Part shown: positions 25,839 to 39,940 of the stretch, one piece after another
Layout: every line of letters begins with the position of its first letter
Position numbering within the stretch: position 1 is the first letter of the stretch
Assembly: GCF_004010195.1 (NCBI RefSeq)
Contig: NC_057720.1
Span: 11,734,941 to 11,798,940 of the forward strand
Length of the DNA stretch: 64,000 nt
Reading direction: 5' to 3'
Source: Chiloscyllium plagiosum
Taxonomy: Eukaryota
Notes under the pieces: model-generated
What the model was told of the DNA's origin: nothing
Database searches by the model: none
Seen by the model: the letters and a program-made list of their open reading frames with translations, nothing else
Program-made: the position numbers and the translations under genes

Positions 25839-26507
25839 CACCTTGCCACCGTCCCATTGCCACCCAGTCACCATCCCACATGCCTCTCTTGCTCACTGGC
25901 CCCTCATTTCCAGCCCCTCACCATCCCACTCCCAAGCGTCTCTGCCTTCTTACCATCTCCTGGGTCAACACTCACTCGCCACTCCTTGCTGCCTCTGGTC
26001 AACATCTCTCAGTCATCACCAACACATCACAGCCTCGCTTCTTGCCACCCCATTTGCCAACCTCACTACCATCCTCTTGCCATCTCCCACTCACTTTGTG
26101 ATCGCCACCTTATCATTGCCACATCCCCCCTTCACCATTCCCTCCCTCACCAGCCTGTCACTGACAACAGCTTGATGCCTCTGTCTCTAGGTCCCTCATT
26201 GGATCTCCTATTTCCTACAACAGCACCAGTTAAGACATAGGGAAAACTGTACATTACATTGCCCCCAGGCAAGTTTTAACCCATATTAAATGCAGAGTAT
26301 GCTGCACACTGTCACATTTAAGTTGTCAAAGTACTTTCCAAATTCGTCCTTTTATGTTAGAGAAGTGCTGCTTCAGAAGAGTTGTAGCTGAGGCGTTGGA
26401 AAGAGAATTAGCAATTATTATTTGGGAAGGAAGAATATGCAGGGTCACGAGGAAAAGCCAGGAGAGCGGGGCGAAGTAAAGTGCTTGTTTGGAGAACCCG
26501 CATAGAG

Positions 26508-26975
26508 GGGTTGCATGGTGGCTCAGTGCTTAGCAATGCTGCCTCACTGTGCCAGGGACCTGGGTATGATTCCAGACCTGAGTTTGATTCCAGCCTCAGG
26601 CGACTGTCTGTGTGGAGTTTGCACATTCTCCCTGTGTCTGCATGGGTTTCCTCCAGGTGCTCCGGTTTCCTCCAACAGTCCACAGATGTGCAGGTTAGGT
26701 GAATTGGCCGTGCTAAATTGCCCATAGTGTTCAGGGATGTGTAGGTGAGGTGCAGGGCTCATGCCCAAAACGACGATTCTTCTGCTCCTTGGATGCTGCC
26801 TGACCTGCTATGCTTTTCCAGCAACACATTTTCAGCTCTGATTTCCAGCATCTGCAGTCCTCACTTTCTACTTAAATATAGGATAATAGAGTAGGGAAAT
26901 GGGTCTGGGTGGGATACTTTTCGGAGGGTCAGTGTGGATTTGTTAGGCCAAATGGCCTGTTTCCACACTGCAGCG
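26508..26975 (+). mobile_element. HE1-like V-SINE with duplicated B-box region and nested PLE pLTR piece (~26754-26870)
   Basis: SINE motifs interrupted by gggctcatgccc..gatgctgcctgacc..ctgcagtcctcac. Confidence 0.8.
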
Positions 26976-28417
26976 AGTGTATGACGTGATGGACTGAATG
27001 GCCTCCTAGTGCTCTATAACAATTCTATGATGAATATAAATAGTAAGCTTGGCAGCACGAGAGGAGGGAGAAACAGAGTTAATAAAGGCATTCTAAGACA
27101 GTTATGAGAATTTTATTCCTGATGTGTAGATGCAGGAAGGATGTTCCCAATGGTGCGAGAGGCCAAAACCAGGAGTCATAGTTTAAGAATAAGGGTTTTC
27201 TTCTTTCTTCATTCATGGGATGAGGGCATCGCTGGTGAGGCAGAATTTATTGTTCATCCCTAATTGCCCAGAGGGCAGGTAAGTGTCAACCACATTGCTG
27301 TAGGTCTGGAGTCATTTGTAATTCAGACCAGTTAAGGGTGGCAGTTTCCTTCCCTAACGGGAAATTAGTGAACCAGATGGGTTTTACCAACAATCAACAA
27401 TGGATTCATGGTCATCATTAGACTCCTAATTCCAGACATTTTTCTTGAATTCAAAGTCCAACATCTGCTGTGACAGGATTTATACCCGTGTCCCCATGCA
27501 TTACCTCTGTCTCTGAGTTGACAGTCCAGTGACAATACCACTTGGCCATTGCCTCCCCTAAATGTAAACTATTTAGGACTGAGTTGAGGAGAAATGTATT
27601 CATCCAGAGAGTGGTGAGCCTGTGGAATTCATTATTGCAGGAAGCAGTTGAGGCCAAAACATTCTGTTTATCACAGAGGTACTTACACAGAGGTATCACA
27701 GAGTATCACAGCCCTTATGGCAAAAATGAATAAGGGAATTTGGGGGCAATTAGGGAAATGATCTCAGTGTTCAGCCATGATCGTATTGAATGGTGGAGCA
27801 GGCTTAAGCAGTTGAATAGCCCACTCCTGCTCCTGTCTTCTATGTTTCTATGATGCACTGGTGAGATAATAAAGATATAAAAGAGTGGATCTTGATGATC
27901 ATACGTCAGGATAATTGAGTAAACCATCCTGAAGGTTCAGAGTTATGACTGAAAAATTGGATTTGGAGGTGTTGGGAATTGAGGATTGCACTCAATAGAA
28001 TAGTAAGGGAAATCCAAAGGCAACATAGGATTGCAAAAGTGATTGCAAGAGAGGGAAAGCAGCAAATGATGGAGATGGACATCCTTCACAGGCTCTTAGC
28101 CCTAAAAAGCTGGCATGGATTTTCCTTTAGGGATTTGGTAGGTTTTGATGGAAGATCAGAAGCCTTTTCACGTCCTCCCTCGACCCCTGTGGGAATTTCA
28201 CTTAATTGTTCCTACTAGATTTTTTTCTTGCTCATTAATTCAGCAGATGAAGGTGCTGATTAGAGATGAGAAGTAACATTGATACAAAATCATGTGGGGA
28301 ATAGTTTACATGGCTGCTAATTCGTAGTAACACTGTAAGGCATAGTATACGAGGAATAAGATGTGCTTTTAAGAGGATTTTTGCAATAATCACAGTGATT
28401 TTAATCTTCACATGCAT

Positions 28418-29408
28418 TGGACAAATCAGATTGACAAAGGTAACCTGGAAGAAGAGGCCATAGAGCATATTATTATAGCACCAGGCTATTTTTGACTTGG
28501 TATCTTGCAATCAGGTGAGGTGCCGGAAGACTGGAGTTGGCTAACGTGGTGCCCCTGTTTAAGAAGGGTGGTAAGGACAAGCCAGGGACCTATAGAACCA
28601 GTGAGCCTGACCTCGTTGGTGGGCAAATAGTTGGAGGAAATCCTAAGGGACAGGACGTACATGTATTTGGAAAGGCAAGGACTGATTAGGGAGAGTCAAT
28701 ATGGCTTTGTGCGTGCAAAATCATGTCACAAACTTGATTGAGTTTTTTGAGGAAGTAACAAAGAGGATTGATGAGGGAAGAGCAGTAGATGTGATCTATA
28801 TGAACTTCATGAATCTTCCTGAAGAAGGGCCTGTGCCCGAAACGTCGAATCTCCTGTTCCCTGGATGCTGCCTGACCTGCTGTGCTGTTCCAGCAATAAA
28901 GTTTCAACTTCTACCTTTGAGCCAGTTCTGTATCCAATTTGCTAGTTCTCCCTGTATTCCATAAGATCTAATCTTGCTAATCAGTCTCCTGTGGGGAACC
29001 TTGTCGAACACCTTACTGAAGTTCATATAGATCACATCTACTGCTCTTCCCTCATCAATCCTCTTTGTTACTTCCTCAAAAAACTCAATCAAGTTTGTGA
29101 CATGATTTTGCACGCACAAAGCCATATTGACTCTCCATAATCAGTCCTTGCCTTTCCAAATACATGTACGTCCTGTCCCTTAGGATTTCCTCCAACTATT
29201 TGCCCACCAACGAGGTCAGGCTCACTGGTTCTATAGTTCCCTGGCTTGTCCTTACCACCCTTCTTAAACAGGGGCACCACGTTAGCCAACTCCAGTCTTC
29301 CGGCACCTCACCTGATTGCAAGATACCAAGTCAAAAATAGCCTGGTGCTATAATAATATGCTCTATGGCCTCTTCTTCCAGGTTACCTTTGTCAATCTGA
29401 TTTGTCCA
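28418..29408. repeat. ~390-bp inverted duplication (28418-28809 / 29017-29408) with central PLE pLTR fragment (28810-28909)
   Basis: Arms are near-exact reverse complements, covering non-TE sequence plus decayed CR1 RT. Confidence 0.85.
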
Positions 29409-29409
29409 T

Positions 29410-31125
29410 GATTCAGATAAATGCGAGGTGCTGCATTTTGGGAAAGCAAATCTTAGCAGGACTTATACATTTAATGGTAAGGTCCTAGAGAGTGTTGCTG
29501 AACATAGAGACCTTGGAGGGCAGGTTCATAGCTCCTTGAAAGTGGAATCGCAGGTAGATAGGATAGTGAAGGCGGCAATTGGTATGCTTTCCTTTATTGG
29601 TCAGAGTATTGAGTACAGGATCTGGATCATTGGTGCTGGAAGAGCACAGCAGTTCAGGCAGCATCCGAGGAGCTCTTCGGATGCTGCCTGAACTGCTGTG
29701 CTCTTCCAGCACCATTGATCCAGAATCTGGTTTCCTGCATCTGCAGTCATTGTTTTTACCTTATTGAGTACAGGAGTTGGGAGGTCATGTTGCAGCTGTA
29801 CAGGACATTGATTAGGCCACTGTTGGAATATTGCATGCAATTCTGGTCTCCTTCCTATCGGAAAAATGTTGTGAAACTTGAAAGGGTTCAGAAAAGATTT
29901 ACAAAGATGTTGCCAGGGTTGGAGGATTTGAGCTATGGGGAGAGGCCAATCAGGTTGGGGCTGTTTTCCCTGGAGCGTCAGAGGCTGAGGGGTGACCTTA
30001 CAGAGGTTTACAAAATTGAGGGGCATGGATAGGGTAAATAGGTAAAGTCTTTTTCCTGGGGTCGGGGAGTCCAGAACTAGAGGGCATAGGTTTAGGGTGA
30101 GAGGGGAAAGATACAAAAGAGACCTACGGGGCAACTTTTTCGCAAAGAGAGTGGTACGTGTATGAAATGAGCTGTCAGAGGAAGTGGTGGAGGCTGGTAT
30201 AATTGCAACATTTAAGAGGCTTTTGGATGGGTATGTGAATAGGAAGGGTTTGGAGAGACATGGGCTGGGTGCTGGCAGGTGGGACTAGATTGGGTTGGGA
30301 TATCTGGTCGGCATGGACGGGTTGGACTGAAGGGTCTGTACATCTGTACATGCTGAACATCTCCATAACTCTATGACTCTAATCAAATGGGATCAATTAA
30401 TGATCTCAGAGTAAAAACGCCTCGAGGTAACAGTTATCATAATATAGATTTTTACCATGAAAGTGAGAAGTGTGTATCTATGACTTGTGTTTTAAAATTA
30501 AATAAAAGCAATTACACGGCCATGACGAAAGAGTTGGTTAAATTGAACTGGGAAAATATGTTAAATGGTAGGATAGTCGAGGAGTAGTGGAAGGCCAAAT
30601 ATATATTCCATTAGGAAGGATAAGGAGAGTATAAAGTTGAATGAAAATAATAATATTGTAAACAAAAACTTGAAAGAGTTCAGAAAAGACTTACAAGGAT
30701 GTTGCCAGGGTTGGAGGATTTGAGCTATAGGGAGAGGCTGAACAGGCTGGGGCTGTTTTCTCTGGAACATCGGAGGCTGAGGGGTGACCTCATAGAGATT
30801 TATAAAATCATGAGGGGTATGGATAGGGTAAATAGACAAGGTTTTTTTCCCCAGGGTAGGAGACTCCAAAACTAGAAGTTAAGGTGAGAGGGGAAAGATT
30901 TAAAACAGATCTGAGGGGCAATATCTTCGCACAGAGGGTGGTACGTGTGTAGTATGAGCTGCCGGAGGAATGATGGAGGCTGGTACAATTACAACATTTA
31001 AAAGGCACCTGGATGGGTATAGAATAGGAAGGGTTTAGAGGGATGTGGGCCAAATGCTGGCAATGGGACTAAATTATTTTAGGATATCTGGTCGGCATGG
31101 ACGAGTTGGACCATCTCTATGACTC
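29410..31125 (+). mobile_element. CR1 3' fragments (29410-30380; 30670-31125) with nested fold-back PLE at 29621-29761
   Basis: CR1 motifs; PLE TSD tattgagtacagga at 29607-29620 and 29762-29775. Confidence 0.85.
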
Positions 31126-32009
31126 TAATGTACGTTCGAGGATTGAACACAATTTAGAAGCCAGCAAAGCAGGATTGAAAATTAATGAAGACAAAAAAAT
31201 ATATTTAAAAATATCGTCAGAGTTTCTACAAGTAACTAAAAACAAAAAGAATAACCACGGTTGACATTATTCTCTTAGAGGGTGAGACTGGGGAATTAAT
31301 ATTGGAAAACAAAGATGGTGGAAGCATTAAACAATGTAAAAGGAACAAAAACATCCCACAAAAGAAAGAAGCAATCACCAGCAAAAAGATACTGGGAACA
31401 CTACTAGAACCAAATGCTGACAGATCCTCTGGACCTGATCACTTCCATCCTCGGGTGTCAAAAGAGATGGTTGCAGAAATCTATAAAGTTTCCAAAACTT
31501 TATAGATTTAGTAAAGATCCCAATGGATTAGAAAATTTAAATATGACACCTCTGTTCACAAAATGGTGGAAACAAAAAGTAGAGAAAATAGAAGCTAGGA
31601 GCAGGAGTAGACATTCAAACCATCTCCATTATTCAACACGGTCATGACTGATCTTCTGTCTCAACACCATAATCTCTTTATTTTTCATACCTCTTAATGC
31701 CTTTGTTAACTAAAAAATTACCAGTCTATTTTCTGAATATGTTCAATGACCTCGTCTCCACAGCCTACTGTGGGAGCAACTTCCACAGGCTCACCACCCT
31801 CCGAGTTAAGAAATTTCTCCTCAACACAGTTCTAAATGGCCTACTCCACATCCTGAAACTATGACTCCTGGTTGTAGACTTCCCAACCAGGGAAGATATT
31901 GTAAGTTATTATCAGATTGGGCATAAATAGGGGAAATAGTTACACTTTACAAACTGAAAGACCAGTAGGAACTGTTTAACAATCAAATTAAGAACAAAGT
32001 AGTTAAAAG

Positions 32010-33470
32010 AGATGCCAGGCCAGGCGATGTGTTGTAACTGTATGATGTGGGAGCTGGTGGACCCCATTGTGGTTCATAGTGACCACATATGTTGGTTGCT
32101 TGAGGAACTCTAGCTCAGATCCAATGAGTTGGAGTCTGAGCTTCAAATCACTGACACATCTGGAGGGGGAGAGTTACCTGGACGCTGTGTTTCAAGAGGC
32201 AGTCACACCCGTGGAGGGAGAAGGTGCTGGGGGAGCTGAAAGGTCCAAAGGTGGATGTATCATTCAGACCAGCTGGATGACAGCCCAGAGGTCTGAAGGA
32301 GATAGCTGAGGAGATTGTGGAGGCATTATTGGTGATCTGTCAGGAATCACTGGAGTCAGGGAGAGTGCCAGAGGCCTGGAAAAGGGCCAACCTAACACCC
32401 CTATTAAGAAGGAAGGGAGGCAGAAGACAGGAAACTATAGGCCGGCTAGCCTGACCTCGGCTGATGGTAAGATTTTAGAGTCTATTATTAAGGTTGAGAT
32501 TGTGGAGTGCTTGGAAGTGCATGATAAAATAGGGTGAAGTCAGTACAGCTTTGTCAAGGGGAAGTCATACCTGACAAATCTGATTAGAACCCCTACTGTG
32601 TGGAAAAAGACCATTTGGCCCAACCTGTCCACACCCATCCCCCCAACCTATATTTACTCCTGACTAATGCACCTAACACTATGGGCAATTTAGCATGGCC
32701 AATTCACCTAACCTGCACATCTTTGGACTGTGGGAGGAAACTGGAGCACCCAGAAGAAAGCCATACAGACACAGGGAGAACATGCAAACTCCACACAGAC
32801 AGTCGACTGAGGGTGGAATCAAACCCAGGCCACTGGCACTGTGGAGCAGCAGTGATAACCACTGAGCCACCATGTTGGCCGTGTTAGAATTCTTTGAGGT
32901 GGTAGTGACCAAGTTAGACAAAGGAGAACCAGTGGACATGATTTATTTAGAAGGCATTTGACAAGATGCCACACAGAAGGCAGCTAAATAAGATAAGAGC
33001 CCATGGTGTTAGAAGCAAGGTACTGGCATGGATAGAGGATTGACTGACTGGCAGAGGTAGAGGGTAGGGATAAAAGATCTTTTTCAGGCTGGCAGCCAGT
33101 GACTAGTGAAGTTCCACAGGGATCCATGTTGGGACCACATCATACATTATTCACATCATACATTAATGATCTGGATGATAGAACTGAGGGCATTGTTGCT
33201 AAGTTTACACATGACACAAGGATAGGTGGAGGGGCAGGTATTGTTGAGGAAGCGGGGAGGCTGCAGGAAGATTTGGACAGGTTAGGAGATTGGGCAAAGA
33301 AGTGGCAGATTAAATTCAAAGTGCAAAGGTAGTAAAAGTAGAGACGTTGACTATTTTCCAAACACGGGAAGTCTTCAGAAATTTGAAGTACATCGAGACT
33401 TAGCAGTTCTAGTTCAGGATTCTCTTATGATTAACCTGCAGGTTCAATTGGCAGTTAAGAAGGCAAATGC
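32010..33470 (+). mobile_element. Decayed CR1 (ORF1 start fused to RT region) with nested HE1 SINE (32584-32876, -)
   Basis: RT-like motifs (PQGSMLGP, INDLDD); SINE motifs. Confidence 0.7.
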
Positions 33471-33922
33471 ATTCATAGAATCATAGAATCTCTACAGTGT
33501 GGAAACAGGCCATTCAACCCATTGAATCCACACTGACCCTCCAAACAATATCCCACCCAGACCCACTCTTCTGATCCTATCCCTGTAACCTTGTAATTCT
33601 GTTCTTGTATCTTATGATCTTATATTTTCACTGCATTTGGTCTGTCTAGCTCCACTAGAATTTTATACAATACAATCAGATTTCCTCTCATTCACCTAAA
33701 CACTTGCAAATACAGGTCTAGAATGAAAAATCTCTCTTCTTGCTGCCATTCCAGGTATCAGCCAAGTGAACCCTCACTGCCCTCCATATATGTCACCTTT
33801 TAGGTAGAGAGAGACTAAAACTGCTCACATATTCCAGGTGTGGTCTTACCAAAGCCCTGTGTAACTGCAGTAAGACATCACTACTTCTGAACTCAAATCC
33901 TCTTGCAATGAAAGCCAACAAT

Positions 33923-34238
33923 GGGGCGGTATGGTGGCTCAGTGGTTAGCAGTACTGCCTCACAGCGCCAGGGACCCAGGTTTAATTCCAACCCCGGGTG
34001 ACTGTCTGTGTGGAGTTTCCACATTCTAACCGTGTCTGTGTGGGTTTCCTCTGGGTGCTCCATTTCCTCCCACAGTCCAAAGCTGTGCAGGTCGGGTGAA
34101 TTGGCCATTGTAGATTGCCCATAGTGTTAGGTGCATTAGTCAGAGGGAAATGGGTCTGGGTGGGTTACTCTTTGGAGGGTTGGTGTGGACTTGTTGGGCT
34201 GAAGGGCCTGCTTCCACACTGTAGGGAATCTAATCTAA
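33923..34238 (+). mobile_element. HE1-like V-SINE
   Basis: Full head, V-domain and tail aatctaatct. Confidence 0.88.
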
Positions 34239-34629
34239 ACATACCATTTGCTTGCTGAGCCTTCCTACCTCCTTTCATTGACTGGTGTACAAGGACACCC
34301 AGATCCCTTTGCTCATCTGCACTTCCAAATGTATTCTCAGTTAAATAATATGCCTTTCTGTTTTTCACACAGCAGAGTAAAACTTCACTTTTATCCATGT
34401 TCCATATTTTTATCTGCTCATTTAACTTTCTAGATTGTCCTGACGCCTCCTTGCTTCCTTCTTACAATTCTCAATATCACCTGGTTTTGTGTCATCTGCA
34501 AACTTGGAAAGATCGCATTTGGTTCCCAATGATACATTGTGAATAGCTGGAATCCAAGCCCTGATCCCTACAGTGTCCCACAAGTTATTGCCTTCCCAAC
34601 TGGAATTTTATTCCCATTCCCTGTTTACT

Positions 34630-37600
34630 TAGACTCATAGAGATGTACAGCACGGAAATAGACCCTTCGGTCCAACCTGTCCATGCCGACCAGATATCCC
34701 AACTCAATCTAGTCCCACCTGCCAGCAACCGGCCCATATCCCCCTAAACTCTTCCTATTCATATACCAATCCAGATATCTTTTAAATGTTGTAATTGTAC
34801 CAGCCTCCACCACTTCCTCTGGCAGCTCATTCCATACATGCACCAGCCTCTGTGTTAAAAAGTTGCCCCTTAGGTCCGTTTTATATCTTTCCCCTCTCAC
34901 CCTAAACCTCTGCCCTCTAGTTCTGGGTTCCCGCAACCCAGGGAAAAAACCTTATCTATTTACCCTATCTGTGTCCTTCATGATTTTATAAACCTCTTTA
35001 AAGTCATCCCTCAGCCTCCGATGCTCCAGGTAAACAGCCTCAGCCTATTCAATCTCTCTCTATAGCTCAAATCCTCCAACCCTGGCAACATCCTTGTAAA
35101 TCTTTTCTGAACCCTTTCAAGTTTCACAACATCCTTCCAATAGGAGGGAGTTGTCTCAGCTAATTCTCAATCCATGCCAGTATTTGATCCATTATTAAGC
35201 AGGTTACAGTTGCACATTTAGAAAACCATAATAGACTTAAGCAGTCAGCATGGTTTTATGAGAGGGAAATAATGCTTGACTAATTTCAAGGTTTTTGGTG
35301 AAGTAACGAGCAAGCTGGATATGGGGAACCAATTAATGTTGGTTTACAAAAACCAGTTGGCAAGGCACCTCATCAAAGGTTATTTCACAAAAGGCTGAAC
35401 TCAAGATATTGGTGACACCGGAAGGATGTTGTGAAATTTGAAAGGGTTCAGAAAAGATTTACATGGATTTTGCCACGGTTGGAGCATTTGAGCTATCGGG
35501 ACAGCTTGAATAGGCTGGGACTGTTTTCCCTGGAGCGTCGGAGGCTGAGGTAAACCTTAGAGGTTTACAAAATCATGAGGGGCATAAATAGGAAAAATAG
35601 ACAGAATCCTTTCCCTGGCTTGGAGGAATCTAGAACTAGAGGGCATCGGTTTAAGGTGAGAAGGGAAAGCTATAAAAGGGACCTCAGGGGCAACATTTTC
35701 ATGCAGAGGATGGTGTGTGTGTGGAATGAGCTGCCAGAAGAAGTGGTGGAGGCTGGTACAATTATAACTTTTAAAAGGAAACTGGATGGGTACATGAATT
35801 GGAAGGATTGAGGGATGTGGGCCAAGTGCTGACATATGGGACTAGATTAGGTTAGGATATCTGGCCGGCATGGACAAGTTGGTCCAAAGGCTCTGCATGA
35901 CTTTATAATAACAGGTTCCTCCGAATTGGGGATTGTTTAGCAAACAGGAAACAGGCATGAAAACATCATATTTGAATTGGTCAGTTATAATTAGTGGAGT
36001 ACCACCGCATTCAGTGCTGTGTCCTCCAACATTTACCATCTATAACAATAACTTGGGTGAAGGGACTGAGGTGCGTTTGTTAAATTTGCTGATGACACAT
36101 AAATAGATAGGAAAATAAGTTGTCCAGAAGCCAGAAGAGTCTACAATGGGATATAGATGGGGTAAGTGAGTGGGCAAAAGTTTGGCAGATGGGGAATAAT
36201 GTTGGGAAAAGCAAACCTGTCCACTTTGGCAGGAGGAATAGAAAACGTGTTGATTATTTTGAAGGAGAGAGATTGCAGAGCTGAGGACAGAGGGAGGTGG
36301 CTGTCCTGGTTTATGAAACACAAAAGGCCATTGCAAATAAAGCATACAGAAAAACAAGTGAAATGTGGATGTTTAAGGAAAACCTTTTTTTTAAATTCAC
36401 TCGTGGGACATGGGCATCGCTGGTTGGCCAGCATTTATTTCCCATACATAGCAGCCCTTGAGAAGGCAGTGGTGAGCTGCCTTCTTGAACTGCTGCAGTC
36501 CATGTGCTGTAGGTAGACCCACAATGACATTTAGGGAGGGTATTCCAGGACTTTGGCCCAGCAACGCTGAAGGAACAGCGATGCAGGGTTGTTTATGCCA
36601 TTGTCATTTAAGAAGCTTTGGTCAGCAACCGATGGTCTGTCCATTTTTTGTTCCTTTTTTTCCTTTCGAGTAGTTAATACAACTGAATGGTTGCTAGGTC
36701 ATTTCAAAGGGCAGTTCAGAGTCAACCACATTGCTGTGGGTCTGGAGTCCCAAGTAGGCCAGACCGGGTAAGGATGGCAGCTTCCTTCCCTAAAGGACAT
36801 TAGTGAACCAATTGTTTTTTTTCCGACAATCGACAATCATTTCATGGTCAACATTAGACTGTTAGTTTCAACTTTTTTATTGAAAATTACCAGCATCTCT
36901 GGATTAATAGACTAATGATAATACTACAAGGCCATCACATCCACTAATCCTTGTGCTGTTTGCATGTTGGAAAGGCAAATCAAAGCAGGACTTATACACT
37001 TAATGATAAGGTCCTAAGGAGTGTTGCTGTACAAAGAGACCTTGGAGTGCAGGTTCATAGTCCCCTGAAAATGGAGTTGCAGGTAGATAGGATGGTGAAG
37101 AAGACATTTGGTATGCTTTCCTTTATTGGTCAGAGTGTTGAGTATATGTTGCAGCTGTACAGGACATTGGTTAGGCCATTTTTGGAATGTTGTGTGCAAT
37201 TCTGGTCTCCTTCCTGTCGGAAGGATATTGTGAAACCTGAAAGGGTTCAGAAAAGATTTACAAGAAAGTTGCCAGGGTTGGAAGATTTTGAGCTATAGGG
37301 ACAGGCTGAATAGACCGGGGCTGTTTTCCCTGGAGTGTCAGAGGCTGAGGGGCGATCTTATAGAGGTTTACAAAATCATGAGGGACAAGGTATTTCCCCT
37401 GGGTTGCGGGAACCCAAAACTAGAGGGCATAGATTTAAGGTTAGAGGGGAAAGATATTAAAAGGACCTAAGGGGCAACTTTTTAACACCGAGGGTGGTGT
37501 ATGTATGGAATGAGTTGCCAGAGGAAGTGATAGAGGCTGGTACAATTGCAACATTTAAAAGGAAACTGGATGGGTACATGAATAAGACGGATTGAGGGAT

Positions 37601-37705
37601 ATGGGCCAAGTGCTGACATATGGGACTAGATTAGGTTAGGATATCTGGTCAGCATGGGCAAGTTGGACCAAAGGGTCCGTTTCCGTGCTGCACATCTCTA
37701 TGACT
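34630..37705. mobile_element. CR1 3' fragments (34630-35150 -, 35420-35900 +, 36950-37705 +) plus an L2-tail-type SINE/LINE piece (36390-36940 -)
   Basis: Repeated CR1 C-terminal motifs; gagtcaaccacattgctgtgggtctggagtc motif also at ~27290, 45565, 54830, 56350. Confidence 0.75.
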
Positions 37706-39489
37706 CGATGACTGTAACTATTACCAAGAAGATCATAAGCTCATGATTAATATTGAGAGCAGAGAAGCAGAAGGTTGGAAGAGATGATTTCATACAAAGT
37801 GTGTTATCGTGTTTTAAATGACTTGATGAGATAGACAGAAGCAATTTCCTCTGCCGAGTGAAGTCCAGGACAAGGGTGATCAATAAAATAAAAGCCAGGC
37901 TACTCAGAGTGATGTCAGGTCCCACTTCTTCAGACAGAGGGGAGTGGCAAACTCTCTCCTAGCTAGCTGCTGAGGCTGGAGGTCAATGAAATTCTCAAAA
38001 CTGGAAGTTGCCTTGTCAATCACACAGCTAAAAGAAAAACTAGATCCTGGGAGGGAGAACAATCTTAGGATGCAACAAGCGAGCTGCAGCACGGAATTAA
38101 AGTGAACTCGGGGAGAAAACAGAAGCAGAGGCCATTCAGCCCATTAGGCCCTCTCCACCATTCAATGAGAACATGGCTGATCCCAACTCCACCTTCCTGT
38201 CTTTTCCCAATAACGGCGATTCCCTGGTACCTCGTGACTCAATGTGTAGTGTCCTTGCCTCTAGGCCAGACTCTCTGTGTTCTGTCCTACTCCAAGCCCC
38301 GATGACTATGGGTTTGGGCATTGAGGACATGGCCAAACAAGTTGATTGTCAATCTGTAAAACCTTCCGATAGTAGGCAGTGAGAATCGGAGATGTTCTCA
38401 TCCAGTCACGTGATTGTGTCTGTCACATGATTTTGCCAGTCACATGATTGAATGGAAAATTAGAGTCTTCACCATTGAGTCAGAGGCCCAGACTACAATG
38501 TGCATGTAAAAGACAACTTGCACTGTGGGGGAGAGCTGGCTCCCTGGACAGTCAGTGTAGCTCAAGTTGATGCCAAAGCACTTGGTTTGTTCCCCACCCT
38601 GGCCAGCATGGATATCGGAGCTGCTTCTCTGCCCTAGCTGTGTTGAGAATTGTCTACAGGTGGGGAATGGCAGCAGATATTTCAAAATGAAGCTGAGAGA
38701 CTGCCGAAATGTTGACATTTCGTTATTAATTCCAGCCACCCTATTTCACTGCCGCCTTCATTGAAGATTCGTACAGTAGGGTCTGACAAGTACTGTTCTG
38801 TGTAACAATCCTCACTGAAGGGCCGTACAGAAATGTCACAGAAATATCTCCCCATATGTCAGTGCTGTATACTATACTGCATGAACTTTTACTGCAGGCA
38901 TGAAGAAGAGAGGCAATGAGCAAAGGAGCAGCAACCGACTTTCAGAATACTGATATATTCATGATGTGCCATTTTATAAACTGAAGGAATAAAGCCCAGA
39001 ATCAGTAGGAACTTATTGCAAATGCTGACATTCTATTTAAAGTATTCAGATGATGGTCATTGGTCAGCGTTAGTTCTCACATGCTTTGATTTCCCTTTGG
39101 GCACTAGCAGGAAAGTATTGGAAGGATTAACAGACTGTTTGTCAACCTGCTTGAGACAGGACCATTCCCTACTGTGGCCAACAAGACCTGACATGGGTCT
39201 TGAACCTGAAACTTCTACCTCCGAAACAAGCTGCAAGATTTCTTTGTTAATCCCATAATGTTACTGGAATTTAAGGTCAATTACTTCCATTGGAAGTTCA
39301 GGCTTTGAAACTAACAAAACTAACACTGTGGAATATCATCTTTTCTCCCTGAAACTGTCCCTCCCGAACCCCATGGCTAAAGGAATCAAAGAGTATGGGG
39401 AGAAAGTGGGAACAGGCAGTGAGTTGGATGGTCAGCCACGATCGTATTGATTGGTGGAGGAGACTCAAGAGGTTGAATGGCCTTCTCAT

Positions 39490-39940
39490 AGAGTCATAGA
39501 GCTGTACAGCGTAGACCCTTCGGTCCAACTGGTCCATGCCAACCAGATATCCTGAATTAATCTAGCCCCATTTGCCAGCATATACTTATAAACTTTTCCT
39601 ATTCATATACCCATCCAGATGCCTTTTAAATGTTGTAATTGTACCAGCCTCCACCACTTCCCCTGGCAGCTCATTCCATATGCTCACCACCCTCTGCGTG
39701 AAAAAGTTGCCCCTTAAGTCCCTTTTAAATCTTTCTCCTCTCACCTTAAACCTATGCTCTCTAGTTCTGGACCCCCCACCACAGAGAAAATACCTTATCT
39801 ATTTATCCTATCCATGCCCCTCATGATTTTGTTATCCCTCAGCCTTCGACACTCCAGGGAAAACAGCCCCAGTCAATTCAGCCTCTCCCTATAGCTCAAG
39901 TCCTCCAACCCCAGCATTATCCTTGTGAATAATTTCTGTA
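39490..39940 (-). mobile_element. CR1 3' fragment
   Basis: Same subfamily motifs as 34630 and 56905. Confidence 0.85.

Noticed and set aside
24793..25896. 367-aa RT ORF as an active or domesticated gene
   Set aside because: 5'-truncated CR1 lacking EN and the N-terminal RT; the start lies in unrelated flank. Open only because it is young.
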